Shown one piece after another: positions 8,948 to 20,962 of a stretch of 64,000 nucleotides of DNA. The DNA is from Acidimicrobiaceae bacterium. GTDB lineage: Bacteria > Actinomycetota > Acidimicrobiia > Acidimicrobiales > Bog-793. The DNA lies in the NCBI GenBank assembly GCA_003159795.1, contig PLPK01000076.1:19331-83330 (forward strand). Direction: 5' to 3'. The translations under genes and the position numbers were made by a program. Each line of letters opens with the position of its first letter. The stretch's first letter is position 1. The notes under the pieces were generated by a model that saw only the letters and a list, made by a program, of their open reading frames with translations, did not search any database and had not been told where the DNA came from.

Positions 8948-11900
8948 GTGACCGGATACCTCGACCTGCTGGCCGAGCGCGTCGTCATCTTCGACGGCGC
9001 GACCGGCACGAACCTGCAGCTGCGCGAGCTCGGACCGGACGACTTCGGCGGACCGGAGCTCGAGGGCTGCAACGAGATGCTCGTCGTGACACGCCCGGAC
9101 GTCGTGCAGGACCTCCACCGCTCGTTCCTCGACGTCGGTGTGGACGTCATCGAGACCGACTCGTTCGGCGCCTTCCCGGTCGTGCTCACCGAGTACCAGA
9201 TCGCCGAGCGTTCGGCCGAGCTCGCCCGCCGGGCCGCCGAGCTCGCCCGGGAGGTCGCGCACGGCTACTCGACGCCCGATCACCCGCGCTTCGTCGCCGG
9301 CAGCATGGGGCCCGGGACGAAGTTCCCCTCCCTCGGCCAGATCAGCTACGCCGCGCTGCGCGACGCCTACGAGGTCGAGGCGGTGGCCCTCCTCGAGGGT
9401 GGCATCGACCTGCTCCTCGTCGAGACGCAGTTCGACCTGCTGAGCGCCAAGGCGGGACTCACCGCCTGCCGGCGGGCGATGGCCGCGACCGGCATCACCG
9501 TGCCACTGCAGGTCCAGGTGACGATCGAACTCACCGGCCGAATGCTCCCCGGCACCGAGATCGCCGCCGCGCTCTGCGCCCTCGAGGCGATGCGCCCCGA
9601 CGTGATCGGGATCAACTGCGCGACGGGCCCCGTCGAGATGTACGAGCCGCTGCGCCACCTGACGGGGCACTCGACCAGGGCGGTCTCGGCGCTTCCCAAC
9701 GCCGGGCTGCCCTCGGTCGTCGACGGCCGGATGCACTACGACCTCACGCCCGACCAGCTCGCCGAGCACCTCCACCGCTTCGCGACCGAGCTCGGGGTGT
9801 CGGTGATCGGCGGCTGCTGCGGCACGACGCCGGCGCACCTCGATGCCGTCGTGCGGCGCTGCGCGGGGCTGCCAGCAACCCGCCGGGCCGTCGAGCACGA
9901 GGCCGGCGCGGCGTCGCTCTACAGCTTCGTGCCCTTCGAGCAGGAGCTCTCATTCCTCGTCATTGGCGAGCGCACAAACGCCAACGGGTCGAAACGCTTC
10001 CGCGAGGCGATGCTGGCGGGCGACTTCGACACGACGACCGCCATGGCCCGCGACCAGGTACGGGAGGGGGCGCACCTCATCGACGTCTGCGTGGACTACA
10101 CGGGAGCCGACGGAGTCGCCGACATGGGCCAGGTGATGAGCCGGATCGCGACGCAGTCGACGGCACCTGTCGTCATCGACTCGACCGAAGCCGCCGTCGT
10201 GCGCACCGCGCTCGAGCTGGTGGGCGGGCGCGCCGTCATCAACTCAGTGAACCTCGAGGATGGCGATGCGACCGGCACGCGGCTCGATGCGTTCCTGACC
10301 CTCGCCGCCGAGCACGGCGCCGCCGTGATCTGCACCTGCATCGACGAGAACGGCCAGGCCCGCACCGCCGAGTGGAAGCTCGCCGCGGCCCGCGCGATCC
10401 GTGACCTCGCCGTCGGGCGCTACGGGCTCACCGACGAGGACCTCTTCTTCGACGCCCTGGCGCTGCCGCTCTCGACCGGCATGGAGGAGAGCCGCCGCGA
10501 CGGCATCGAGACGATCGAGGCGATCCGTGCGATCAAGCGGGAGCTCCCGGGCACCCACACCGTGCTCGGTATCTCGAACGTCTCGTTCGGGCTCGCCCCC
10601 GCGGCCCGGCGGGTGCTGAACGCCGTGTTCCTCCACGAGTGCGTCGCCGCGGGCCTTGACGCGGCGATCGTCCACGCCGGCAGGATCGCACCGCTGCACA
10701 AGATCGACCCCGCCGGAAGGGAGATCTGCCTCGACCTCATCTACGACCGCCGGCGCGACGGTTACGACCCCCTCATCGCGCTCACCGGCGTCTTCGCCGG
10801 CGCCGAATCGGGGCCCGCCCCCGCCGAGGACCGCCGTGGCTGGACCGTCGAGAAGCGGCTTGGCCAGCGCATCGTGGACGGCGACCGGATCGGGCTCGAG
10901 GCCGACCTCGATGAGGCGCTGGCGGACCACGGCGCCCTCGCGATCGTCAACGAGGTGCTCCTGCCGGGGATGAAGACCGTCGGCGAGCTCTTCGCCTCAG
11001 GCGAGATGCAGCTGCCCTTCGTCCTGCAGTCGGCCGAGACGATGAAGGCCGCCGTCGCCTACCTCGAACCGCACATGGAAAGGAGCGAGTCCGGCGGGCG
11101 CGGCACCGTCGTACTGGCGACCGTGAAGGGCGACGTCCACGACATCGGCAAGAACCTCGTCGACATCATCCTCACGAACAACGGCTACAAGGTCCACAAC
11201 CTGGGCATCAAGGTGCCGATCAACGACATCCTGGAGCAAGTCGAGGCGACGGGCGCCGACGTCATCGGCATGAGTGGGCTGCTCGTGCGCTCGACGCTCA
11301 TCATGCGCGAGAACCTCGAGGAGATGAACCGCCGGGGAACGACCGCGACCCCGGTGCTGTTGGGCGGGGCCGCGCTCACCCGCAGCTACGTCGAACGCGA
11401 CCTGCGCCAGCTCTACCAGGGACGCGTCTTCTACGGCAGGGACGCCTTCGAGGGACTGCGCACGCTCGACAAGCTCATGGCGGAAAAGGCCGGGGGCGAC
11501 GTCGATCCGGAGTTCGGGAACGTTCCCACCGGCCGCAACCTCCCACCGCGCAAGAGCGCCGTCCTCGGCCTCGTCGACCCGGCCGGCCTGCCCCGCCGCT
11601 CCCCCGCTGTCGCCTCCGACAACCCCGTCTTCCCACCGCCGTTCCTCGGCACACGGGTCGCCAAGGGGATCGCGCTCGACGAGGTGCGTGGCTACCTCAA
11701 CGAGACGGCCCTTTTCCGCAACCAGTGGGGCTACCGGCCGAACTCCGGCGAGACCGACGACGAGTTCAAGGCGCGGCTGCGCGCCGAGCTGCGCAGCCGC
11801 CTCGACGGGGCCAAGGCCGACGATGTCCTCGTCCCCCAGGTCACCTGGGGCTACTTCGCCGCCGGCTCCGACGGCGACGACCTCGTCGTATACGAGACGG

Positions 11901-12412
11901 CGGACCGCGCGGCCCCGCTCGCCCGCTTCCACTTCCCCCGTCAGCGCAAACACCCTTACCTGTGCATCGCGGACTTCTTCCGGCCGGTCGACGGCCCCGA
12001 GCTCGACTACGCCGCCTTCTTCGTCGCCACGATCGGCGACGCCGCGTCGCGAGCAGCGGCAGAACTCTTCGCCGCCGACCGCTACCTCGACTACGTCGCG
12101 CTCCACGGACTTTCGGTCGAGATGACCGAGGCGCTCGCCGAGTGCTGGCACCGTCGCATCCGGGAGGAGTGGGGGTTCGCCCAAGAGGACGGCCCGAGCC
12201 TGGCGGGCCTGTTCCGCCAGAAGTACCGGGGGGGCCGCTACTCGTGGGGCTATCCGGCCTGCCCGGACCTCGAGGACAACGCCAAGGTCGTCGAGCTCGT
12301 CGACGCCGGCCGCGTCGGCGTCACGGTCTCCGAGGGCTTCCAGCTCGAGCCAGAGCAGACGACGCTCGCCATCGTCTGCCACCACCCGCAGGCGAAGTAC
12401 TTCGTCGTCTGA
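8948..12412 (+). CDS. metH: Cobalamin-dependent methionine synthase
   Basis: 1154 aa with the Hcy-methyltransferase, pterin-binding, B12-binding (GDVHDIGKNLV = DxHxxG; MSGLL) and AdoMet-activation domains in canonical order. GTG start. Confidence 0.95.
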   Translation: MTGYLDLLAERVVIFDGATGTNLQLRELGPDDFGGPELEGCNEMLVVTRPDVVQDLHRSFLDVGVDVIETDSFGAFPVVLTEYQIAERSAELARRAAELAREVAHGYSTPDHPRFVAGSMGPGTKFPSLGQISYAALRDAYEVEAVALLEGGIDLLLVETQFDLLSAKAGLTACRRAMAATGITVPLQVQVTIELTGRMLPGTEIAAALCALEAMRPDVIGINCATGPVEMYEPLRHLTGHSTRAVSALPNAGLPSVVDGRMHYDLTPDQLAEHLHRFATELGVSVIGGCCGTTPAHLDAVVRRCAGLPATRRAVEHEAGAASLYSFVPFEQELSFLVIGERTNANGSKRFREAMLAGDFDTTTAMARDQVREGAHLIDVCVDYTGADGVADMGQVMSRIATQSTAPVVIDSTEAAVVRTALELVGGRAVINSVNLEDGDATGTRLDAFLTLAAEHGAAVICTCIDENGQARTAEWKLAAARAIRDLAVGRYGLTDEDLFFDALALPLSTGMEESRRDGIETIEAIRAIKRELPGTHTVLGISNVSFGLAPAARRVLNAVFLHECVAAGLDAAIVHAGRIAPLHKIDPAGREICLDLIYDRRRDGYDPLIALTGVFAGAESGPAPAEDRRGWTVEKRLGQRIVDGDRIGLEADLDEALADHGALAIVNEVLLPGMKTVGELFASGEMQLPFVLQSAETMKAAVAYLEPHMERSESGGRGTVVLATVKGDVHDIGKNLVDIILTNNGYKVHNLGIKVPINDILEQVEATGADVIGMSGLLVRSTLIMRENLEEMNRRGTTATPVLLGGAALTRSYVERDLRQLYQGRVFYGRDAFEGLRTLDKLMAEKAGGDVDPEFGNVPTGRNLPPRKSAVLGLVDPAGLPRRSPAVASDNPVFPPPFLGTRVAKGIALDEVRGYLNETALFRNQWGYRPNSGETDDEFKARLRAELRSRLDGAKADDVLVPQVTWGYFAAGSDGDDLVVYETADRAAPLARFHFPRQRKHPYLCIADFFRPVDGPELDYAAFFVATIGDAASRAAAELFAADRYLDYVALHGLSVEMTEALAECWHRRIREEWGFAQEDGPSLAGLFRQKYRGGRYSWGYPACPDLEDNAKVVELVDAGRVGVTVSEGFQLEPEQTTLAIVCHHPQAKYFVV

Positions 12413-12452
12413 CCTCGCCGGGGTGGGGGACGCCATCCGGTAGCGTCGCAAC

Positions 12453-13160
12453 GTGACCCGCGAAACGACCGATGCCACCTTCCAGAGCGACGTGATCGCC
12501 CGCTCGAACGAGGTGCCCGTCGTCGTCGACCTCTGGGCGCCCTGGTGCGGGCCGTGTAAGACGCTCGGCCCGATGCTCGAGGCGGTCGTCGGCGAGACCG
12601 GAGGCGCGGTCGAGCTCGTCACGGTGAACGTCGACGAGAACCCGCAGGTCGCCACGGCCTTCCAGGCCCAGTCGATCCCGGCTGTCTATGCGATGCGCGC
12701 CGGCAAGGTCGTCGACGGCTTCATCGGGGCCGTGGCCGAGCCGACCGTGCGCGACTTCGTCGGGCGCCTCGCGCCGGCCCCCTCGGAGGCGGACCTCCTC
12801 GTCGCGGCCGGTGACGAGGCCTCGCTCAGATCCGCGCTCGAACTCCAGCCCGACCACCCCGGCGGCGTCGTCGCCCTGGCCGAGCTGAGGATTGCGCGCA
12901 ACGAGACCGAGGAGGCGCTCGCGCTGCTGGCACGGATCCCCGAGACCGAGCAGACCCGCCGCCTCGCCGCCCGGGCCCGTCTCGCCGCCCAAGACAACCC
13001 GGCGTCCGAGTCGCTCGACACGCGCCTTGCGGACCTGCTCACGCGGGTGCGCACCGACGACGCCGCCCGCCTGGAGTACCTCGACCTCCTCGAGACGATG
13101 GATCCCGAGGACCCCCGGCGGGGAAGCTACCGTCGGGCGCTCGCCTCGCAGCTCTTCTGA
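12453..13160 (+). CDS. Thioredoxin-domain / TPR co-chaperone (YbbN/CnoX-like)
   Basis: N-terminal thioredoxin fold with WAPWCGPCK, followed by a helical TPR-like C-terminus. Confidence 0.85.
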   Translation: MTRETTDATFQSDVIARSNEVPVVVDLWAPWCGPCKTLGPMLEAVVGETGGAVELVTVNVDENPQVATAFQAQSIPAVYAMRAGKVVDGFIGAVAEPTVRDFVGRLAPAPSEADLLVAAGDEASLRSALELQPDHPGGVVALAELRIARNETEEALALLARIPETEQTRRLAARARLAAQDNPASESLDTRLADLLTRVRTDDAARLEYLDLLETMDPEDPRRGSYRRALASQLF

Positions 13161-13165
13161 GCGCC

Positions 13166-14047
13166 GTGGGCGCGCCGACCGACCGCCCCCGCGCCGTGCG
13201 GCCGGCGGCACCCGCCTTCGTCGCCCTCGGCGCCCGCCGCTACGACGTCACCGCGCGCGCCCTCGTCATGGGCATCATCAACCGCACGCCGGACTCATTC
13301 TACGACCACGGCGCCACCTTCGAGCTCGACTCCGCCATTCGCCGCGCCGAGCGGCTCATTGCCGACGGTGCCGACATCATCGACGTCGGCGGCGTGAAGG
13401 CCGGCGCCGGCGAGCCCGTAAGCGTCGCCGAGGAGCTCGACCGTGTCGTCCCCGTGATCGAGGCGATCGCGGCCCGCCTCGACGTCGCACTCTCGGTCGA
13501 CACCTGGCGCGCCGTGGTCGCCAAGGCCGCGTATGCGGCCGGGGCGGTGCTCGGCAACGACATCAGCGGGTTCGCCGACCCGGGTTACCTCGCCGTCGCG
13601 GCGGCGGCCGGCGTCTCGGTCGTCGCGACCCACATCCGCCTGCGCCCCCGCGTCGACGACCCCGACCCCCGCTACCCCGACGACAACGTCGTCGCCGCCG
13701 TCGAGCACTTCCTCGTCGACCGCCTCGAGATGGCGGTTGTGGCGGGGATCCCGGCCGAGAGGGTGCTGCTCGACGTGGGCCTCGACCTCGGCAAGACGAC
13801 GCCGCAGTCGCTCGAACTCCTGCGGGCGACCGACCGATTCGCGAGAATGGGCCAGACAATGCTGCTGTCGGCCTCGAACAAGGGCTTCCTCGGTGACCTC
13901 CTCGGCTTGGGGATAGAGGCGCGCGAGGACGCCTCGCTCGCCGCCGTCGCCATCGGTGTCGCCTGCGGCTGCCGCGTCGTACGGGTCCATGACGTCGTCC
14001 GGGCGCGACGCGCGGTCGACGTGCTCGGCGCGGTGCTCGGCTCATGA
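13166..14047 (+). CDS. Dihydropteroate synthase paralog (FolP2 type)
   Basis: Pterin-binding TIM barrel (MGIINRTPDSF, SVDTW, ND, RVHDV). It carries DVGGVKAGAG where canonical DHPS has GGESTRPG. Confidence 0.8.
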   Translation: MGAPTDRPRAVRPAAPAFVALGARRYDVTARALVMGIINRTPDSFYDHGATFELDSAIRRAERLIADGADIIDVGGVKAGAGEPVSVAEELDRVVPVIEAIAARLDVALSVDTWRAVVAKAAYAAGAVLGNDISGFADPGYLAVAAAAGVSVVATHIRLRPRVDDPDPRYPDDNVVAAVEHFLVDRLEMAVVAGIPAERVLLDVGLDLGKTTPQSLELLRATDRFARMGQTMLLSASNKGFLGDLLGLGIEAREDASLAAVAIGVACGCRVVRVHDVVRARRAVDVLGAVLGS

Positions 14048-15111
14048 CACGGACCCATCTCGGAGCCGACGGCGCGCCGCTGTCCGCCTACCTCGTCCAG
14101 GGCGAGGACCCGGGGCTCGTCAGCCAGGCGCTCTCCGCGCTCCTCGCCGAGCTCGAAGCCCTCGACGGCGCCGGCGCGATACCGATCGAGGAATATGGCG
14201 AGATGAGCCGCCCCGAGGCGAGCAGCGGCGAGCCCTTCTCGCTCGGCCCGGTCCTCGACGCCTGCCGCACGCCACCGTTCCTCGCGTCCCGTCGGGTCGT
14301 CGTCCTGCGCGACGCCTCCGCGCTCGACACCGGCCAGGTCCGTCAGCTCGTCGGCTACCTCGGAGAGCCACTGGCGACGACGGTCCTCGTCGTCGTCTGG
14401 CCGGCACGACGGGTGCCGACCGCGCTGGCCCGCGCGGTCGGCGCGGTCGGCCTGGTCGTCGACGCCGAACCCGCGCCGACGGCCCGGGCCCGGGCGCAGT
14501 GGGTCACCGAACGGCTGCGTCAAGCGCCGGTCCGCCTCGACCCCGCGGCGACGGAACTCCTCGAAGAGCACCTCGGCGAGGACCTCGCGCGCCTCGACGG
14601 CCTGCTGGCGACGCTCGAGGCGGCGTACGGCGCGGGGGCGGCGGTCGACGCCGCGGGGCTGGCGCCCTTCCTCGGCTCCGCCGGCGGGGTGGCCCCCTGG
14701 GACCTCACCGACGCGATCAACGACGGCGACGCCGCCGCCGCCATCGCCGCCCTCGGTCGGCTCGTCGGCCCGGGCGAGCGCAACGCCTTCCAGGTCCTCG
14801 CCCAGCTCCACCGCCACTACGGCGCGATGCTGCGGCTCGACGGATCGGGGATCGCCGACGAGGCGTCCGCCGCGGCCGCGACCGGGATGAAGCCATACCC
14901 GGCCAGAAAGGCGCTCGAAGCCTCCCGACGGCTCGGGCACGCCGGTATCGTGCGGGCCATCACGCTGCTCGCCGACGCCGACATCGACCTGCGGGGCGAG
15001 GCGGGCTGGTCAGACGAGCTCATCCTCGAGGTCCTCGTCGCCCGGCTCGCCCGTCTGACCTCGGCCCGATTCCGGGCGCGGACCGCGCCCCGCCGGGCAC
15101 GGGTCCGGTGA
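14044..15111 (+). CDS. holA: DNA polymerase III delta subunit
   Basis: 355 aa with a HolA-like N-terminus (YLVQGEDPGLVSQAL) and a helical C-terminal domain. ATGA overlap with the upstream gene. Confidence 0.7.
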   Translation: MTRTHLGADGAPLSAYLVQGEDPGLVSQALSALLAELEALDGAGAIPIEEYGEMSRPEASSGEPFSLGPVLDACRTPPFLASRRVVVLRDASALDTGQVRQLVGYLGEPLATTVLVVVWPARRVPTALARAVGAVGLVVDAEPAPTARARAQWVTERLRQAPVRLDPAATELLEEHLGEDLARLDGLLATLEAAYGAGAAVDAAGLAPFLGSAGGVAPWDLTDAINDGDAAAAIAALGRLVGPGERNAFQVLAQLHRHYGAMLRLDGSGIADEASAAAATGMKPYPARKALEASRRLGHAGIVRAITLLADADIDLRGEAGWSDELILEVLVARLARLTSARFRARTAPRRARVR

Positions 15112-15935
15112 CCGGCGGGACCTCCGGGGCGGACCCGGCGGCCCTCGTCGAGCTGGCGGAGCGTCTCGCCCGGCGAGCGGGCCGGCTCCTCATCGCGGCG
15201 GGCCGGCGCCGTGACGACCGGGAAGCGCTCGCCGACTCGGCGCGGCACAAGTCATCGGCGACCGACCTCGGCACCGAGGCGGACCGCGCGAGCGAGCGCC
15301 TCATCGTCGAGGGGCTTCGCCGTGCCCGCCCCGACGACGCCGTGCTCGGCGAGGAGAGCGGCGAGCACGCCGGCTCCTCCGGCCTCACCTGGATCATCGA
15401 CCCGATCGACGGCACGACGAACTTCGTCTACGGCTTCGGGTGCTGGGCCGTCTCGATCGGGGTCGCCGACTGCGCCGGCCCGCTCGCCGGCGCCGTCTAC
15501 GACCCTTTGCGCGACGAGATGTTCACCGCCGCCCGACACCACGGCGCCCGCCTGGGCGACCGGGTCCTGGGCTCGCTCGTCGCGCCGCCACTCGCCGAGT
15601 CGCTCATCGGGACCGGCTTCAGCTACGCCAAGGAGGACCGCCGCGGCCAGGCGCGACTACTCCCGGTCGTGCTCCCCCGGGTGCGCGACATCCGCCGCAC
15701 CGGGGCTGCCTCGCTCGACCTGTGCTACGTCGCGGCGGGGAGGCTGAACGGCTACTACGAGGCGGGGCTCCACCCCTGGGACCGGGCCGCCGGGCTGCTC
15801 GTCGCCACCGAGGCCGGTGCCGACCACCGCGACGTCGACGGTATCGAGCCGCGGAGGTCGACCCTCGTCGTCGCCCCGCCGGGACTCCTCGACGAGCTGC
15901 TCGCCCTATTGCTGGAGGCCGCGGCCGGCTTCTGA
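15108..15935 (+). CDS. Inositol monophosphatase family protein (SuhB/HisN-like)
   Basis: LGEESG, WIIDPIDGTTNFVYG and WDRAAG motifs. The GTG start overlaps the holA stop (GTGA). Confidence 0.85.
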   Translation: MTGGTSGADPAALVELAERLARRAGRLLIAAGRRRDDREALADSARHKSSATDLGTEADRASERLIVEGLRRARPDDAVLGEESGEHAGSSGLTWIIDPIDGTTNFVYGFGCWAVSIGVADCAGPLAGAVYDPLRDEMFTAARHHGARLGDRVLGSLVAPPLAESLIGTGFSYAKEDRRGQARLLPVVLPRVRDIRRTGAASLDLCYVAAGRLNGYYEAGLHPWDRAAGLLVATEAGADHRDVDGIEPRRSTLVVAPPGLLDELLALLLEAAAGF

Positions 15936-16028
15936 GTACCATGCCTGTGCCGCGGTGAGAAGCCCGCGCACTCGACGAGACGGCGACGTGCCCCGACGCG
16001 GCCGCTACCAACGGAGGGACCGGAGAAC

Positions 16029-18377
<2,349 letters not shown>

Positions 18378-18409
18378 GCCTTAGCCGCCGGATCAGCATC
18401 GGCCACAAC

Positions 18410-18438
18410 CCGCCCCGCAGCCGCCCGCCGCGGGGCGG
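18410..18438 (+). terminator. GC-rich hairpin downstream of hppA
   Basis: CCGCCCCGC / GCGGGGCGG, a 9-bp perfect stem with an 11-nt loop, starting 33 nt after the hppA stop. No U-tract follows. Confidence 0.4.
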
Positions 18439-18884
18439 TGGCGCGTCCGGGCCACGACGGGTTATGGCCGCGGACAGGGCGACGGCGCCAGCTTCCCGGT
18501 TCGAAGGCGTGGAACCGACCGCCGAGGAAGGCGGCCGGATTCCACCGGGGGTTCTCCCGTGACGCGCCCGCACGCAGTTTCCTCCCGGTCCTGGTTGTCG
18601 CGGTAACCGCCGGCGGGGTGAGCGGGGTCGTGCTCGCCGCGGCCTCGTCTGTGGCGCCCGCCGGGTGGAACGCCGACGTCGTCGTCCAGATGGTCAATAC
18701 CGTCACCCCAGCGGGGTCTGCTCGTCGCGAGTCGCACGGGTTGGGTCGGCCGGTGCGGCACGCACTGCGACCCGACAGGGGCCAGACTCGACGTCTCCAT
18801 CGGCTGTACGGGAATGATTGCTACGGCCTGAATCACTGCCCCTGTCAGCGACAAGTCCTTGATGTCGCCACTAGCGGGGCATAG
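18438..18884 (+). CDS. Possible small membrane-anchored protein or gene remnant
   Basis: 148-aa ORF with an Arg-rich N-terminus and one TM-like segment (FLPVLVVAVTAGGVSGVVLAAASSV). Third-position GC is high in the first ~45 codons after the TM segment begins and then decays. No family recognised. Confidence 0.25.
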   Translation: MARPGHDGLWPRTGRRRQLPGSKAWNRPPRKAAGFHRGFSRDAPARSFLPVLVVAVTAGGVSGVVLAAASSVAPAGWNADVVVQMVNTVTPAGSARRESHGLGRPVRHALRPDRGQTRRLHRLYGNDCYGLNHCPCQRQVLDVATSGA

Positions 18885-19082
18885 GGGTTCGCGTCGGAGG
18901 GCCGACGGCGCGCATCTCCGACTGGCCGTGAGGCCGGGTCGGGTACGATCAACGTCGGAGCGATGAGGCCCGCCCCGTGAATCGCCGAGCACCGCTCGGC
19001 TGATGGCTTCTACCAGCACTGACAGCCGCTGGTAGGGCCGCGGGAGAGACACCGTACCCCTGCCAAACCCAGGAGGTACGGA

Positions 19083-20294
19083 ATGAACATCTACTACATC
19101 GCAGCGATCTGGCTCGGGATGGCGCTTCTCGCGTCGTTCATCAGCATTCGAATCAGCGTCTCGGTTGCCCTCGTCGAGATCCTCGTGGGCGCGGTCCTGG
19201 GAAACATTCCTGGGATGAAGGAGCACATCGTCCAGACCGGTTTTACGACCTTCCTTGCTGGGGTTGGCTCGATCCTGCTGACTTTCCTCGCCGGAGCGGA
19301 GATTGATCCGGTTTCACTGAAGAAGCATTGGAAGGCCAGTATCACGATCGGGTTCTTGTCGTTCCTGCTTCCGCTCTTGGGTGCCTTCGGTGTCTGCAAA
19401 CTTGTTCTCGGCTGGCACCTGCATGCTGCCGAGATCGGCGGTATCGCCTTGAGCACGACATCGGTGGCCGTCGTGTATGCCGTGATGGTTGAGACCGGAC
19501 TAAACCGGCAGGACATCGGCAAGCTCATCCTCGCAGCATGCTTCGTTACCGATCTCGGGACCGTCATGGCACTCGGTGGGTTCTTTGCGACCTACGGGTG
19601 GCTGCTCTTGGTGTTCGTAGTTGTCACAGCCATCTGCCTGTTTGTCCTTCCACGAGCGATGCGACTGGTGATCGCACGGGTTGGGCACCGGGTGAGCGAG
19701 CCGGAGGTGAAGGTTCTCCTCGTTGTGCTGCTGGGCCTTGGGGGGCTTGCGACTGCGGCGGGAAGTGAGGCGGTGCTCCCCGCCTACGTCGCCGGCCTTG
19801 TCATGGCCGGGGTGTTCATGCAGGACCGAGTGATCATGGACCGGATTCGGACAATCGCCTTTGCATTCCTGACGCCGTTCTTCTTCCTCCGTGCCGGAAC
19901 GCTCATCTCTGCACCCGAGCTTGTCTCGGGTGCCGGGATCATCGGAGCGCTCTTCCTTGTCAAGATGGCGACCAAGTTCGCCGGAGTCTGGCCGAGCTCG
20001 ACAGCGTTCCGCATACCGATGCGGGAACGGACGTACACAACCCTTCTGATGGCGACCGGGTTGACCTTCGGTTCAATCTCAGCGCTGTTCGGCTTAAACC
20101 ACCACTTCATCAATCAGGCTCAGTACACCGAACTGGTAACGGTGGTAGTCCTCTCGGCGCTCATACCGACCCTCATCGCCCAGCAGTTCTTCCAGCCAAA
20201 GGTCGCAGTCGGAACTGAAGTCGCTGAGGAAGAGGAGGCCTTGGCAGAGGAGGACGCTTCGATCGTTCACCGTCGTCGTCGTTCGCTCGTCTAG
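19083..20294 (+). CDS. Cation:proton antiporter (CPA2 / Na+/H+ exchanger family)
   Basis: 403 aa and polytopic, with N-terminus MNIYYIAAIWLGMALLASFISIRI...VEILVGAVLGN typical of Kef/CPA2 exchangers. AGGAGG lies 8 nt upstream of the ATG. GC is visibly lower than in neighbouring genes. Confidence 0.85.
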   Translation: MNIYYIAAIWLGMALLASFISIRISVSVALVEILVGAVLGNIPGMKEHIVQTGFTTFLAGVGSILLTFLAGAEIDPVSLKKHWKASITIGFLSFLLPLLGAFGVCKLVLGWHLHAAEIGGIALSTTSVAVVYAVMVETGLNRQDIGKLILAACFVTDLGTVMALGGFFATYGWLLLVFVVVTAICLFVLPRAMRLVIARVGHRVSEPEVKVLLVVLLGLGGLATAAGSEAVLPAYVAGLVMAGVFMQDRVIMDRIRTIAFAFLTPFFFLRAGTLISAPELVSGAGIIGALFLVKMATKFAGVWPSSTAFRIPMRERTYTTLLMATGLTFGSISALFGLNHHFINQAQYTELVTVVVLSALIPTLIAQQFFQPKVAVGTEVAEEEEALAEEDASIVHRRRRSLV

Positions 20295-20481
20295 ACGCCG
20301 GAGGGTACGCGCCCTGTAACTCTCAATACTTAAAGGGTCCCTGGACGAGGCCCGGTCAAGGCCGGCCGCAGGCTGCCCATGGGGGAAGCCTTGAGGGGGC
20401 CGGTCATTGTCGCGGAGGCCCTGGTGGAAGAGCCCGCGGAGCGGGCTCCTGGGGGCTGCCTCCCATTCCGAGCATCGCCGA

Positions 20482-20898
20482 TTAGTGGTGCCCGTCGGCG
20501 ACTCGCACCGTTACGTCTCCCAAGGCCGTGTGGCCCTGTACGCGGACTACATGTTCTCGACGATCTTCAGGCACTGCGAGGACATCGTTCCGTAGGTGGT
20601 CGTTGTTGGCACGGCCGGAGAGCTCCACATGGGTGTTCGTCCCGACGAACACCTCAACATCGCGGAGGCCTGCATACGCGTTGATGGCGATCTCAGCGGG
20701 CACAGTCTTCGCCTGCGACAGGTCGATCGTGACGTCCCCCAGCAGTGCCACGGCGACGACCTTGCTCTCGACATCCCACGATCGCGCCCGCTTACCACGG
20801 TGCAGCCATCCGCCTTCGAAGATCGGCTCCAAACCCAAGAGCCAGCGAGTGCGCTTGCTCGCGGGCGGGCTCTGTTTGCCGTTGAGTGGGGTGTTCAT
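20482..20898 (-). CDS. LiaF-like / DUF2154 domain protein (soluble form)
   Basis: Repetitive beta pattern (VAVALLGDVTIDLSQA...INAYAGLRDVEVFV...HVELSG...GHTALGDVTVRV) resembling the C-terminal domain of cell-wall-stress protein LiaF. No TM segment. Confidence 0.55.
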   Translation of the reverse strand: MNTPLNGKQSPPASKRTRWLLGLEPIFEGGWLHRGKRARSWDVESKVVAVALLGDVTIDLSQAKTVPAEIAINAYAGLRDVEVFVGTNTHVELSGRANNDHLRNDVLAVPEDRREHVVRVQGHTALGDVTVRVADGHH

Positions 20899-20927
20899 CG
20901 CTTCCTCTCGCCCGGTTCGGCGGCTAG

Positions 20928-20944
20928 TTGATTGACTCCATCAA
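20928..20944. promoter_or_regulatory. Candidate MarR operator (inverted repeat TTGAT-N7-ATCAA)
   Basis: Perfect 5-bp arms in the 64-bp divergent intergenic region between the LiaF-like gene and the MarR gene, which is AT-rich relative to its surroundings. Confidence 0.3.
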
Positions 20945-20962
20945 GTAACATAGCATGGTGGC

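Noticed and set aside
18498-18507. A GGTTCGAAGG string, checked as a possible tRNA T-arm. The window was also scanned for tRNA, rRNA and CRISPR signatures.
   Set aside because: No flanking acceptor or anticodon stem complementarity was found, and no TPsiC-loop consensus follows. No regularly spaced direct repeats occur anywhere in the window. The only tandem repeat is the 15-nt coding duplication in the kinase gene.
18704-18719. An exact 16-nt match (CACCCCAGCGGGGTCT) shared with 30421-30436, in the two lower-GC intergenic regions. It was considered as a possible dispersed repeat or MITE signature.
   Set aside because: The flanks diverge immediately on both sides. One 16-mer coincidence is roughly what chance predicts for all-against-all comparison of a 64-kb GC-biased sequence. 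I also noticed it only because I read these regions closely.
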